Assembly: GCA_020435205.1 (NCBI GenBank)
Contig: JAGQZY010000003.1
Location: 1,537 to 65,536 of the forward strand
Source: Bdellovibrionales bacterium
Lineage (GTDB): Bacteria > Bdellovibrionota > Bdellovibrionia > Bdellovibrionales > JAGQZY01
Length of the DNA: 64,000 nt
Direction of reading: 5' to 3'
Below, piece after piece: positions 24,272 to 33,299 of this stretch (the first letter of the stretch is position 1; each line of letters opens with the position of its first letter). Both the position numbers and the translations under genes were made by a program. The notes under the pieces are model-generated. The model was not told where the DNA came from and made no database searches. It saw only the letters and a program-made list of their open reading frames with translations.

Positions 24272-24885
24272 ATAAAATCAGAAGGAACACAAACGGGTGG
24301 GGTGCTGACCCCAGCCTTTGCCATCCTAATTTTCCAGCCAAGGCTTCGTTCTACAGGGTTGCATCTTGTGGGAGTGAGCAAAAAATGCAAAGCCTTGTCG
24401 GCATCCAAAGCGACTTTATTATGATCAAAATATCCCTGCAGAAGTTCAGTGATTTTTTTATCTTTTGCACAGGTAAAAAATAAAGGGGTTGTAATGAGAA
24501 TTCTTTTAAATTTGGGTAAAATGGTTTTGAACCTCACCCTTCCTTTTTGAAAAGCCTCAAAAATCACAGCGTCAGAGGGGTTCTTTTTTTGTTTTTCAGA
24601 AATTTCAATTGTATCGATGATATTAGCCATGGCCACTCCCCATCGACTTAAGTACTGCTCTTTTTCGACCCTAAACTTCATTTTCTTAGGGGGATTATGA
24701 GGTTCGAAAACCAACTGGAGAATTTGCCAAAAATGGTTCCGCTTGTCGTGGTAGTAAAAAGCTTCTGGGTCTTTATTCAAACCATCGACGTCACGAGCGC
24801 TCACCGAAGCCATTGTGCCCAGAATCACCATTTGCGTTTGGGAAGTTGGGGTAAAGGTAGAAAGATTGTCTTGCGAGAGTGCCAT
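24268..24885 (-). CDS. Uracil-DNA glycosylase superfamily protein (Mug / hypoxanthine-DNA-glycosylase-like), tentative
   Basis: MVILGTMASVSARD...FYYHDKRNHFWQIL resembles the UDG-superfamily motifs (G-x-x-P-S ... HP-x-N-R-FW). This is a motif-level call only. Confidence 0.4.
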   Translation of the reverse strand: MALSQDNLSTFTPTSQTQMVILGTMASVSARDVDGLNKDPEAFYYHDKRNHFWQILQLVFEPHNPPKKMKFRVEKEQYLSRWGVAMANIIDTIEISEKQKKNPSDAVIFEAFQKGRVRFKTILPKFKRILITTPLFFTCAKDKKITELLQGYFDHNKVALDADKALHFLLTPTRCNPVERSLGWKIRMAKAGVSTPPVCVPSDFI

Positions 24886-24996
24886 ATCCTAGACCTAAGT
24901 TAACAGTGAAGGGACCTCTTAACCAAAGTCTCAGTCTGTAGACATGACGCATCATAAGTCGTAAAATAATAACTGAACGGCTTTCAAGGATGAAAT

Positions 24997-25644
24997 GTGG
25001 GTATTTGGTTTTTAATACAAATTGCGGTGAATATCTTTTTCCTCATTGGTTTAAGTATGTGTTTGGTGAAAATCTTCAAAGATAAAGAGGATGACCCTCG
25101 TTTGAGCCAAGGTTTGCGACTGTTGCAAAGTAAAATTGCTATCCTTGAAGATCTCTCTGATCATACTGAGAACCAGGTCAAACAATTGATGGCTCTCCTC
25201 GACAAAAAACTACAGGAGGTCCGTAAAGCCATGAGTTCGGTGAACCAGCATATTTGCGAAGTGGATCGGTCCATCGCCAAGAGTCAAAAAATGGCCGAGA
25301 AAATTGCCAATGAAATTCCCCATCAGCAGATTGTCGAAAAAAATCTGGAAAATAAATATATAAAGGCAGCACAAATGGCTCATCAGGGGAGTGGTGTTGA
25401 TGAAATCGTACAAAGCCTTGGGCTACCCCGCGGAGAAGTGGAGTTGATTACAAAAATAAACCGTAAGAAGTTTGTTTATGAAAAGTCGGCACCATCCTCT
25501 GTCTCAGAAGAGCTTTTCGAAAAAAGTATGGCCTTACCAGATATTCAAACCTCGAGTATGGAGCGCACGTATCTCAACTTTCATGAGGCGGTCCAAGAGC
25601 ATAAAGACAAAGACTCTGGGTTTGAGGCTGTTAAGCTAGGATAA
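24997..25644 (+). CDS. Membrane-anchored coiled-coil protein with a DUF2802-like C-terminal helix-turn-helix motif
   Basis: N-terminal TM segment (IWFLIQIAVNIFFLIGLSMCLV), then a coiled coil. The segment AAQMAHQGSGVDEIVQSLGLPRGEVELITKINR resembles the flagellar-locus-associated DUF2802 motif. GTG start. Confidence 0.45.
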   Translation: MGIWFLIQIAVNIFFLIGLSMCLVKIFKDKEDDPRLSQGLRLLQSKIAILEDLSDHTENQVKQLMALLDKKLQEVRKAMSSVNQHICEVDRSIAKSQKMAEKIANEIPHQQIVEKNLENKYIKAAQMAHQGSGVDEIVQSLGLPRGEVELITKINRKKFVYEKSAPSSVSEELFEKSMALPDIQTSSMERTYLNFHEAVQEHKDKDSGFEAVKLG

Positions 25645-25648
25645 ATCC

Positions 25649-25879
25649 ATGCTCAAACTTGGTGACCAGGTCTCAGCAAAACTCATTGAAAAAGTGGATA
25701 CTCACCACTGGATTGTGAGCTTTGAAGGAGACCTTCTGCAGGTCCGCAATGCCACTACGTTCACTTTTGAGGCGGGTAAGATTGTGAGCTTACAAGTTGT
25801 GTCCGAAAGGCCCTTGCAGTTTAAAATCATAGGCCTAGCATCCAATAAAAGTTTTCGCGGATTGAATGTGCGAGTGTAA
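25649..25879 (+). CDS. Small hypothetical protein (76 aa)
   Basis: ORF 4 nt after the previous gene, predicted beta-rich. I recognise no family. Confidence 0.5.
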   Translation: MLKLGDQVSAKLIEKVDTHHWIVSFEGDLLQVRNATTFTFEAGKIVSLQVVSERPLQFKIIGLASNKSFRGLNVRV

Positions 25880-26425
25880 CTACTTAGCACTCTCGTGGAC
25901 AAAGCGAGTGGTGTAATACTTGACAAGATAGTCGGTTTTGATGGGCTGGTTATTATAGGTCCAGTTGAGATCACCAAAAGGTCCCCATTTCGCAATCAAA
26001 AACTCTTCTTCGGCGGCCATGGGAGTAAAAGCTGGGTTAATCCCGGTTGCGCGATGGAACTTCATAGAAACAGTTCCAGGTTGTTTCATGGAAAAGATCA
26101 GCTTACAGCCATTACGGAAAAGCATAGAGTCGGCCTGGGTTTGGGAAATACTATAAACTTTAATTCGTCCTAGCGGTGAACCTTTGAGTTGATTAAAGGC
26201 AGTGGTTGCATCCACAAACTCACGCTTGAGGGCAATGAGAAATAGCAAGGTTTCATTGAGCAAATGTTTCTCTGGTTCAAATCCAGTGGTGATGGAAATC
26301 ATGCCAGACTCTTCCATGTCTTGCTCGGCGCGAACCAAATCCTTTATCCACGTCAATTTATCCATAAATCCTCCAGCGACGCCCTGCCGCATATTTGATA
26401 GTATCGAATCAGGGATTGAAGTCAA
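25880..26425 (-). CDS. Hypothetical cytoplasmic protein (181 aa) co-transcribed with the 964-aa peptidase-barrel gene
   Basis: ORF starting 4 nt after the stop of the upstream gene. It has no signal peptide and no recognised family. Confidence 0.65.
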   Translation of the reverse strand: MTSIPDSILSNMRQGVAGGFMDKLTWIKDLVRAEQDMEESGMISITTGFEPEKHLLNETLLFLIALKREFVDATTAFNQLKGSPLGRIKVYSISQTQADSMLFRNGCKLIFSMKQPGTVSMKFHRATGINPAFTPMAAEEEFLIAKWGPFGDLNWTYNNQPIKTDYLVKYYTTRFVHESAK

Positions 26426-26429
26426 GATT

Positions 26430-29324
26430 TCACAGTCTTACGTTGAAAAAAGTGGTGAAACCACCGTAAGCATCGAGATTTTCACCATAATAAAGACCCA
26501 GCGTGAGAGTGACGGGGACGTGGAAACCCACTGTGGTATTGGTGTGTAGCTCCAGCCCGTAGCCATAAAACCAGGTGTTGAAATCGTTCACCACCGAAGA
26601 TTGCAGGGCTTTATTGCTGTAAATGCCGTCGAAAGTGGTGGCGTCAAAGACAAAATTTCCCTGAAGGTTTTTGATAAAAAGCGGAGGGGCAGTCCAGCCG
26701 CGAAAAATACTAAACAATGGAAAGCGATACTCTAGATTCGTGTTCGCAAGATTGTTTCCAACAAAAACCCCGGTGGGGTAGCCACGCTGTAAATAGGTGG
26801 TGTTGGTCAGCTGCGGATTTTGAAAAGGTCCCGCCAAAGTGGAGGTGGCAAAAAAGCGGTTTTTCAATTGAGGGGCGTAAACCCCATTAATTCCCCAGTA
26901 TAAAGCGTGGCGCTTGGGTAAGAAGAATGACCAAAAACTGCCGATATGGGCTGAAGTTTCTCCATAATCAATATTGCCAAAATCAGCGAGATAATGGCGG
27001 TGACCCAATTCAAATTTCCAACCATCCTCGGGTGAAATCTGATAGGCCTTTTGTTGAAAGTTAGAAAAGCCTAATTTGAGTTGGGGGCCTTGGCGAATAA
27101 AAATAAATCGCGAGTAACTGAGGGCACTGTAGTTCCAACGAAAAAGAAGTTGCCAGCGGCGATCGCTGGGCGGGCGCCATCCGGCCACACCAGAAACGTT
27201 AGTGAAATGAAGGTTTTCGCGAGTGTTGTAGAAGTAAGAATAAAAATCACCAACCCCCAGGCCCAAAGAGACGGGGAGAGATTGGTTAAGATAATTGAAA
27301 GAGGCCCCTGCTTTTTTTGTTAAGGTGTCCCATTGACCAACCAAACCGTAGGAGTTTTTACCAAGAGGATCACCGGCTGAAGTTTGCGCCTGATAGATGG
27401 TTCCGCCATCGACGATGTATAAAAAAGGAATCCAATGGTTGGGGTATAAATATCTCCACGGAGAAAAGCTTTCGGCTTTGTATTTATTGTTGTGGGTAGC
27501 AGAGGGCGCTGGGATTCCAATTTGCCATTGATCTCGGGCAGCTTTTGCTACTTTATCGGAAGTATAATCCACCACAGCGGGGACTTGTGGCGGTCGGTCG
27601 GGTAGACTTTCCCATTGCGCACCCTTCAGGCGTCGAAGCCTGGGGCCGCTGGCTTCATACTCTTGATAGTAGAGGTCATCGATGAGTGGGTCCAATTCTC
27701 CCTGGTGAACTCGGGTTTTACTATTGGTGATGGCTTTGTATTTAATTTTTTTACCGCTGACGTTTTCGGCAAGATAAAGGTTTTCAATACCGCTGGCACT
27801 GGATGAAAACAAAAGCCCTAAGTGACTCCAGCGTACAAAGTGCACGGGGATCTCATCAAAAAAAGTCTCCATCTCTTTTTGCTTTATAAAAAAGCGGGCA
27901 ATATGGGGTTGTCCACCCGAGTTTTGCTTGACCATAAGCAGAGTGTTGTTCACCGGGCAAGTCAGATAGCTAATATTATCGCCAATTTTACCGCGATATA
28001 GGCTGCGGCCTATTTTCTTTTTCCAATCCCATTCAATGATTTCTTTGGTGCCGGGGACATTTTTCAAAAAGTAGAGAAAATGGCCATCCGGAGAAAAACA
28101 AGGATGGTGAGCGCGTTCTCCCTTCGTCACCCGCTCGCTCTTATTGGTTTTTAAATCATAATAATAGAGGTCAAAGAAGCGATAATAATAGTCCCAAGTA
28201 TCAAGTTTTTCGTAAACGAATCCCGTCGCAGCTGGGTGCCAGGTGAGGGTTTGTGAACCAGCCCCTTTAACAACTCTTTTCGCCTCATAAGCCGTGAAAG
28301 GGGACTTAGGATGGCGTGGGCGAATATAAATATCGCCTTGCCCATACTTGCTATCGGAAATGTAAGCCAACCAAGTGCCATCAGGGCTAATGCTCGGAAA
28401 GCTTTGCACGTCCTCTTTTTTAGGAAGGGGTTGCCCCTCGAGGTGAGATGTGGCCTCAACGATATCGATTTGCTCCTGGGTTTTTTGTTTCCAAAAATCA
28501 TAGGCGCGCTGGAGTTGGGCTTGGTAGCCGCGTCCAATGTGTTGCTCCGGTACGGCATTCAACAAATAGGGGATGCGTCGGGAGTGGCTTTGATTAAAGC
28601 GGTACATCATATCTTTGCCGCCATCACGATATATACTATCCCATAAAATGCCGCCGAAAAGATAGGCACGAGAGGCTCCTAGCCAGTCTAGATGGTAGTC
28701 ATTCAGTTGAGAGAGTGGGTACTTTTTCCATTGGTCTTCGAGGGTTAAGCTTCTCGCCATGCCCTCAAGGTGTTGAGATTTTAAGCGTCCACCATTTTCA
28801 GAAAAGTAGGATTCAGTAAAAACGGCAAGACCTTCAGTGTACCAACGCGGCAACATCATGTTGGGTTTTGCCACCGAACCAAAAATCCATGCTGTCGGAG
28901 AGATCCATCCATGGACAGGTTCCATATTAAGGATATGAGTGTACTCATGCACGAGCAGTTCAAAACTGGAATCGTCAAAATCACCAATAGATGAAGACGG
29001 GTTTGGCAAAACCGGCCACAGCACAATAAAAGGATGGGGAACCACACGTGCGGAACCATTAGCAAGGTCGGAAGGATCGGTAATAATGAAGGTGACCTTG
29101 CGTGAACCCTCACGAAACAGGGATAGAACAAGGGGGTAGGCTTTTTTAAATTGTTCAATGTAGTGTTCGACCAACTCTTGATGATTAGCGTCAAAGAGCC
29201 AAATCGCATTGTCGGTTTCGATCTGCTTCCACTCGATACGAGGGTCGCTCTGTGCTTGCGAAGTCCAAGGCAGCAAAGCCATGCAGAGAAATATAAAAAT
29301 AGAAACAAAAACTTTTTTCATCAT
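26430..29324 (-). CDS. Secreted multidomain protein: HExxH metallopeptidase-like N-domain, PD40/TolB-like beta-propeller repeats, C-terminal beta-barrel-like region
   Basis: Signal peptide MMKKVFVSIFIFLCMALLPWTSQAQS and the zinc motif LLVHEYTHILN. PD40-type repeats include SISPDGTWLAYISDSKYGQGDIYI and CFSPDGHFLYFLKNVPGTKEII. The last roughly 370 aa are rich in alternating aromatic/Gly strands, typical of OM barrels. Confidence 0.75.
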   Translation of the reverse strand: MMKKVFVSIFIFLCMALLPWTSQAQSDPRIEWKQIETDNAIWLFDANHQELVEHYIEQFKKAYPLVLSLFREGSRKVTFIITDPSDLANGSARVVPHPFIVLWPVLPNPSSSIGDFDDSSFELLVHEYTHILNMEPVHGWISPTAWIFGSVAKPNMMLPRWYTEGLAVFTESYFSENGGRLKSQHLEGMARSLTLEDQWKKYPLSQLNDYHLDWLGASRAYLFGGILWDSIYRDGGKDMMYRFNQSHSRRIPYLLNAVPEQHIGRGYQAQLQRAYDFWKQKTQEQIDIVEATSHLEGQPLPKKEDVQSFPSISPDGTWLAYISDSKYGQGDIYIRPRHPKSPFTAYEAKRVVKGAGSQTLTWHPAATGFVYEKLDTWDYYYRFFDLYYYDLKTNKSERVTKGERAHHPCFSPDGHFLYFLKNVPGTKEIIEWDWKKKIGRSLYRGKIGDNISYLTCPVNNTLLMVKQNSGGQPHIARFFIKQKEMETFFDEIPVHFVRWSHLGLLFSSSASGIENLYLAENVSGKKIKYKAITNSKTRVHQGELDPLIDDLYYQEYEASGPRLRRLKGAQWESLPDRPPQVPAVVDYTSDKVAKAARDQWQIGIPAPSATHNNKYKAESFSPWRYLYPNHWIPFLYIVDGGTIYQAQTSAGDPLGKNSYGLVGQWDTLTKKAGASFNYLNQSLPVSLGLGVGDFYSYFYNTRENLHFTNVSGVAGWRPPSDRRWQLLFRWNYSALSYSRFIFIRQGPQLKLGFSNFQQKAYQISPEDGWKFELGHRHYLADFGNIDYGETSAHIGSFWSFFLPKRHALYWGINGVYAPQLKNRFFATSTLAGPFQNPQLTNTTYLQRGYPTGVFVGNNLANTNLEYRFPLFSIFRGWTAPPLFIKNLQGNFVFDATTFDGIYSNKALQSSVVNDFNTWFYGYGLELHTNTTVGFHVPVTLTLGLYYGENLDAYGGFTTFFNVRL

Positions 29325-29372
29325 GTGTGTTTTTTTTAGTGCGAACCTTTTGGAGTTCAGTACTATAAGAGT

Positions 29373-29400
29373 TTGACATCATTTAATGAGATTTTAAAAT
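29373..29400 (+). promoter_or_regulatory. Sigma-70-type promoter candidate for pal
   Basis: TTGACA-N16-TAAAAT, with the SD AAGGAG at 29412-29417 and the ATG at 29424. Confidence 0.55.
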
Positions 29401-29423
29401 AGATTCAGACAAAGGAGTGCGAA

Positions 29424-29915
29424 ATGTGGCGTAAAATCATTTTAGCATTAACAGCAATGACTTTCGTGGTCGCCTGTTCATCAAAGAAAAAAGACGGAGA
29501 AATGGATGCCATCGAAGTGGATGGTGGAGTGACAGAAAAGCCTCTAGGCTTTGATTCCATGGGATCAGACAGTGGAAATATTCCCGGTTTGTCCACAGTT
29601 CATTTCGAATACGATCAGTTCAGCTTGAGCCCTGAGGCCCGAAACATTCTTGCACAAAATGCTGAGTGGTTACGCGGTAACGGAAACGTAAACCTTCAAA
29701 TCGAAGGCCATTGCGACTCTCGTGGATCTATTGAGTATAACTTGACCCTCGGTGAGCGTCGGGCCAATGCTGTGAAAGCTTATCTGGTAAGCCTTGGTAT
29801 TGGTGAGAATCGCCTGTCTGTACTGAGTTATGGTGAGGAAAAACCCCTCAATACGGGTGATAATGAGGCCGCTCATGCAGCTAACCGTCGGGCTAATTTC
29901 GTACCCGTTCAGTAG
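29424..29915 (+). CDS. pal: Peptidoglycan-associated lipoprotein Pal (OmpA family)
   Basis: Lipobox FVVAC. The OmpA-like domain reads VHFEYDQFSLSPEA...LQIEGHCDSRGSIEYNLTLGERRANAVKAYL...LSYGEEKP. Confidence 0.9.
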   Translation: MWRKIILALTAMTFVVACSSKKKDGEMDAIEVDGGVTEKPLGFDSMGSDSGNIPGLSTVHFEYDQFSLSPEARNILAQNAEWLRGNGNVNLQIEGHCDSRGSIEYNLTLGERRANAVKAYLVSLGIGENRLSVLSYGEEKPLNTGDNEAAHAANRRANFVPVQ

Positions 29916-29918
29916 ATC

Positions 29919-30263
29919 ATGATTAACCTTATTGGCTTAATGAGGTTCTTATTTCAGAGGGGGCACTGGGTTCTGTGCCCTCTTTTTGTATTGATTTCAG
30001 GCTGTGTAAACCCTGGGGTTTCCCAGGATGAGTACAACCTTGCCCGGGCCGCTTTTAAAGCCGCTCAGGAGGGTGAAGCGAAGCGTTATGCCCCTAAAAT
30101 ATTTTATAAGGCCCAGGGCTTGTATCGGCGTGGGGAAAGGGCCTATTCTGAGCGCTATTATGACGAGGCTAGCGAGCATTTTAAGAAATCCCGCTACTAC
30201 TTTGAAAAAGCTGAGGCTTTGTCGCGACTCAAACTCTTTAAACAAGGAGAGATGGCTCCATGA
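29919..30263 (+). CDS. Small lipoprotein, DUF4398-like helical protein
   Basis: Lipobox LISGC. The segment A-x3-A...KRYAPKIFYKAQGLYRRGERAY...EASEHFKKSRYYFEKAEA matches the DUF4398 pattern often found next to OmpA-family genes. Confidence 0.55.
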   Translation: MINLIGLMRFLFQRGHWVLCPLFVLISGCVNPGVSQDEYNLARAAFKAAQEGEAKRYAPKIFYKAQGLYRRGERAYSERYYDEASEHFKKSRYYFEKAEALSRLKLFKQGEMAP

Positions 30264-30940
30264 AACCCTTATTGTTATTTGCCGTATGTTTATCTTTGGT
30301 GGGTTGTTTAAAAACACGAGCCGAACTGCAAGGCAGTTCTGGAAGCTCCATGCGCACGGATTCGTCGGGTCGTTATGTGACGGGAAACATGGACCAGCAA
30401 CAGCGGGCCCAAATTGACAGCCGATTTTTTGAAATTGACCGAGATTTTCGTCAACTTTACGGAAAAATTGAAAGTCTGGAAAAGCAAGTGGCTGATCTTT
30501 CTGCTAAAAATGCTCAACCTCTGGAGCCAGCGACTGCTGGGGCGACGGCCACACCGGACAAGGTTAAAGATTTAGAAAAACGCATGAGCACCCTTGAAGA
30601 GGCCATTATTGCTTTGGACAAAAAGGTATCTGGCGGTGCGGCCAGCAAAAATGAAAAAACGAGTTTTCAACCTAAGCAACAGCCTAAGGGACTATACTCG
30701 GTTGCCGAGAGCCTTTATGGCCAAGGCAAATACGAAGAGGCGATCCAAGCCTATGAAAAATATCGTAAAAGATATCCTCGCGGTAAAAAGTATGCGGAAG
30801 CCACTTTAAAAATGGGGATGTGTTTTCAGCGCTTGAAAATGCCTATGGATGCAAAAGCTTTTTATAACGAAGTGATTCAACGCTATCCAAAATCGCAGAC
30901 GGCTAAGGCTGCCCAGACTAACATTAAGAGTATCCAGTAG
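30260..30940 (+). CDS. cpoB: Tol-Pal system protein CpoB/YbgF (coiled coil + TPR)
   Basis: N-terminal coiled coil (FRQLYGKIESLEKQVADL) and C-terminal TPR (LYGQGKYEEAIQAYEKYRKRYPRGKKYAEATLKMGMCFQRL...AKAFYNEVIQRYPKSQTAKAA). It is positioned after pal. Confidence 0.8.
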   Translation: MKPLLLFAVCLSLVGCLKTRAELQGSSGSSMRTDSSGRYVTGNMDQQQRAQIDSRFFEIDRDFRQLYGKIESLEKQVADLSAKNAQPLEPATAGATATPDKVKDLEKRMSTLEEAIIALDKKVSGGAASKNEKTSFQPKQQPKGLYSVAESLYGQGKYEEAIQAYEKYRKRYPRGKKYAEATLKMGMCFQRLKMPMDAKAFYNEVIQRYPKSQTAKAAQTNIKSIQ

Positions 30941-30941
30941 A

Positions 30942-31964
30942 GTGAAAAACATTTTAGCCATTGAAACGAGTTGTGACGACACATCGGTTGCTATCGTTAA
31001 TAGTAAAGCCGAAGTGATTCTATGTTTGACTGCTAGCCAAGACCTTGTGCATGAGCCCTTCGGCGGTATTGTCCCTGAAATTGCCAGTCGCAATCACACC
31101 AAGCACCTTCTTCCACTGGTGGAAAAAGCTATGGATACTTCTGGCCTATCCTGGAAAGACATTTCAGGGATTGCTGTGACCAATCGACCAGGCCTTGTAG
31201 GATCACTCATTGTTGGATTGGTAACGGCAAAAACCTTAGCCTTGGCCTATGAAATCCCATTTATTGGAGTTCATCATATCGAAGGGCACATCATGGCTCC
31301 TTTTTTGCGGGACGATGAATATAAGGGGCCTGATTTTTTTAAAGACCCCTTTTTAGCTTTGGTCGTAAGCGGTGGGCACACTCAACTCTATGAAGTGAAT
31401 GGTTTTGGTCATTATCAAGTGCTTGGCCAAACCATGGATGATGCCGCTGGCGAAGCCTTTGATAAGTTTGCAAAGATGATGGGGCTTGGATATCCCGGTG
31501 GTGTCCAGGTGGATAGGTTAGCCAAGAGTGGAAATATTAAGGCCTTTAGTTTTCCAAGGCCTTTATTGAATGAGGATCATTTTAATTTTAGTTTTTCTGG
31601 TCTTAAATCGGCGGCGCAAAGACAATTGGAAAAGTTGCCACAAGATAAAGACGAACCTCTGGTCGCCGATCTTTGTGCTAGCTACCAGCAGGCCATAGTC
31701 GATGTCCTTTGTGGAAAATTGGTTAAAGCGAGTTTTGACAAAGGCATTAAGAATGTCATCGTGAGTGGAGGGGTGAGTGCAAACTCGAGCCTACGGAATC
31801 ATTTGCAGGCAGAAGCTGAAAAAAATGGATGGCAGTTAGCTATACCCCCCTTGCGATTCTGTACGGACAATGCCGCTATGATTGCCTTAGCGGGCCATTT
31901 TCGTTTGCAGCAAGGTGACCAGTCCAGTCAAGAGTTAGCTCCTCAGGCGCGAGCCGAGTTATGA
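30942..31964 (+). CDS. tsaD: tRNA N6-adenosine threonylcarbamoyltransferase TsaD
   Basis: ILAIETSCDDTSVAIV...GIVPEIASRNH...GVHHIEGHI...VVSGGHTQL...VSGGVSAN. GTG start. Confidence 0.93.
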   Translation: MKNILAIETSCDDTSVAIVNSKAEVILCLTASQDLVHEPFGGIVPEIASRNHTKHLLPLVEKAMDTSGLSWKDISGIAVTNRPGLVGSLIVGLVTAKTLALAYEIPFIGVHHIEGHIMAPFLRDDEYKGPDFFKDPFLALVVSGGHTQLYEVNGFGHYQVLGQTMDDAAGEAFDKFAKMMGLGYPGGVQVDRLAKSGNIKAFSFPRPLLNEDHFNFSFSGLKSAAQRQLEKLPQDKDEPLVADLCASYQQAIVDVLCGKLVKASFDKGIKNVIVSGGVSANSSLRNHLQAEAEKNGWQLAIPPLRFCTDNAAMIALAGHFRLQQGDQSSQELAPQARAEL

Positions 31965-32803
31965 GCGAGAGTCTTCGCCAAAAAATTGAAAAACGGATGC
32001 AGGAGCTTGGTATTGCAGCTAAACGCTCCCTTGGGCAAAACTTTTTAGTGAGCGATAACACTGTCGACAGAATCATTGCCGCCGCCGAACCGAGACGATT
32101 CCAGCAAGTTGTGGAGATCGGTCCGGGACTTGGTTCATTGACCGACTTGTTAAAAGAGCAAAATCAATCCCTGAAACTTTATGAATTGGACCGCAATTTT
32201 TGTGAGTACTGGCGTGAGCAAGGCCTGCAGGTCATAGAAGGCGATGTCCTTAAAACCAATTGGTCGGATTTTGCGTGGGGTGATGGTGGTTCACTTTTGG
32301 TGAGCAATCTTCCCTATCAAATCTCCTCACGTCTTGTGGTTGATCTTTCAATCCGTCAGCCCACCTTTGATCGCATGGTGCTCATGTTCCAAAAAGAAGT
32401 GGGAAAGCGAATCATGGCGAAACCCTCGAGCGAGGATTATGGGCTGCTCACCGTTATTGCTCAGGCTTTCTGGGAGGTCGACTTAGTTCTTGAAGCCGGA
32501 GCGGTCGACTTTTTCCCCCGTCCCAATGTGGCCAGCCGCGTACTGAAGTTTGACTACCATGCGCTTGATGATCGATTAGCCACCCCGCACTTTTTAAAGT
32601 TTGTAAAAGCTGGTTTTGAAAATCGAAGAAAAAAACTCAATCGCAAGCTGGAAAGCCTATTTAGCAAGGCAGAGGTAGCGGAGGCCTACTCGCGGCTTAG
32701 TCTTAAAGAGGATATCCGCGTAGAAGCCCTTTCTGTGGAGCAAATCAAGGATCTCTATCTTATTTTGTCAAAAACACTTGAACCCTCAGCAAAGAATCAT
32801 TAA
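31961..32803 (+). CDS. rsmA: 16S rRNA (adenine1518/1519-N6)-dimethyltransferase RsmA/KsgA
   Basis: KRSLGQNFL...VVEIGPGLGSLT...SNLPYQISS. Confidence 0.93.
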   Translation: MSESLRQKIEKRMQELGIAAKRSLGQNFLVSDNTVDRIIAAAEPRRFQQVVEIGPGLGSLTDLLKEQNQSLKLYELDRNFCEYWREQGLQVIEGDVLKTNWSDFAWGDGGSLLVSNLPYQISSRLVVDLSIRQPTFDRMVLMFQKEVGKRIMAKPSSEDYGLLTVIAQAFWEVDLVLEAGAVDFFPRPNVASRVLKFDYHALDDRLATPHFLKFVKAGFENRRKKLNRKLESLFSKAEVAEAYSRLSLKEDIRVEALSVEQIKDLYLILSKTLEPSAKNH

Positions 32804-32814
32804 GGGTTTGAGTT

Positions 32815-33267
32815 ATGGGAATAAAGATCATTGTCGACAATAAAAAAGCTCGGTTCGATTATGAAATTATCGAAAAATATGAAGCTGGTTTAGTGCTCAC
32901 CGGTAGTGAGGTGAAAAGCATTCGTGCGGGTAATGTGAACCTAAAGGATTCCTATATTGCCTTTCGCAATGGTGAAGCTTTTTTGCAAAATGCCCATATC
33001 AGTGAGTACCAGTCCAGTAGTTACAATAATCATGAGCCCGAGCGTCTACGAAAGCTTCTATTACATAAAGAGGAGCTTGATAAAATCATGGGGCGTGTCC
33101 AAGAAAAGAGTCTGAGTTGTGTGCCCCTTAAGCTCTATTTTAAAGGGGGCCGAATCAAGGTGGAAATTGGCCTTGGTCGAGGTAAAAAGATGCATGACAA
33201 GCGCCAGAGCATCAAACAGAAGGATGCTAAGCGAGAATTGGCCAAAACGCTAAAGCGCTCTCGATGA
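32815..33267 (+). CDS. smpB: SsrA-binding protein SmpB
   Basis: NKKARFDYEIIEKYEAGLVLTGSEVKSIR...NAHISEY...ERLRKLLLHK; 150 aa. Confidence 0.93.
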   Translation: MGIKIIVDNKKARFDYEIIEKYEAGLVLTGSEVKSIRAGNVNLKDSYIAFRNGEAFLQNAHISEYQSSSYNNHEPERLRKLLLHKEELDKIMGRVQEKSLSCVPLKLYFKGGRIKVEIGLGRGKKMHDKRQSIKQKDAKRELAKTLKRSR

Positions 33268-33299
33268 ACTCTTGTCACTGAAGCCCATTTTGCTACAAT

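Noticed and set aside
33268-33299. Expected tmRNA (ssrA) gene next to smpB.
   Set aside because: Only 32 nt separate smpB from the next CDS and the upstream neighbour is rsmA. No tRNA-like or tmRNA-like sequence is present in the window.
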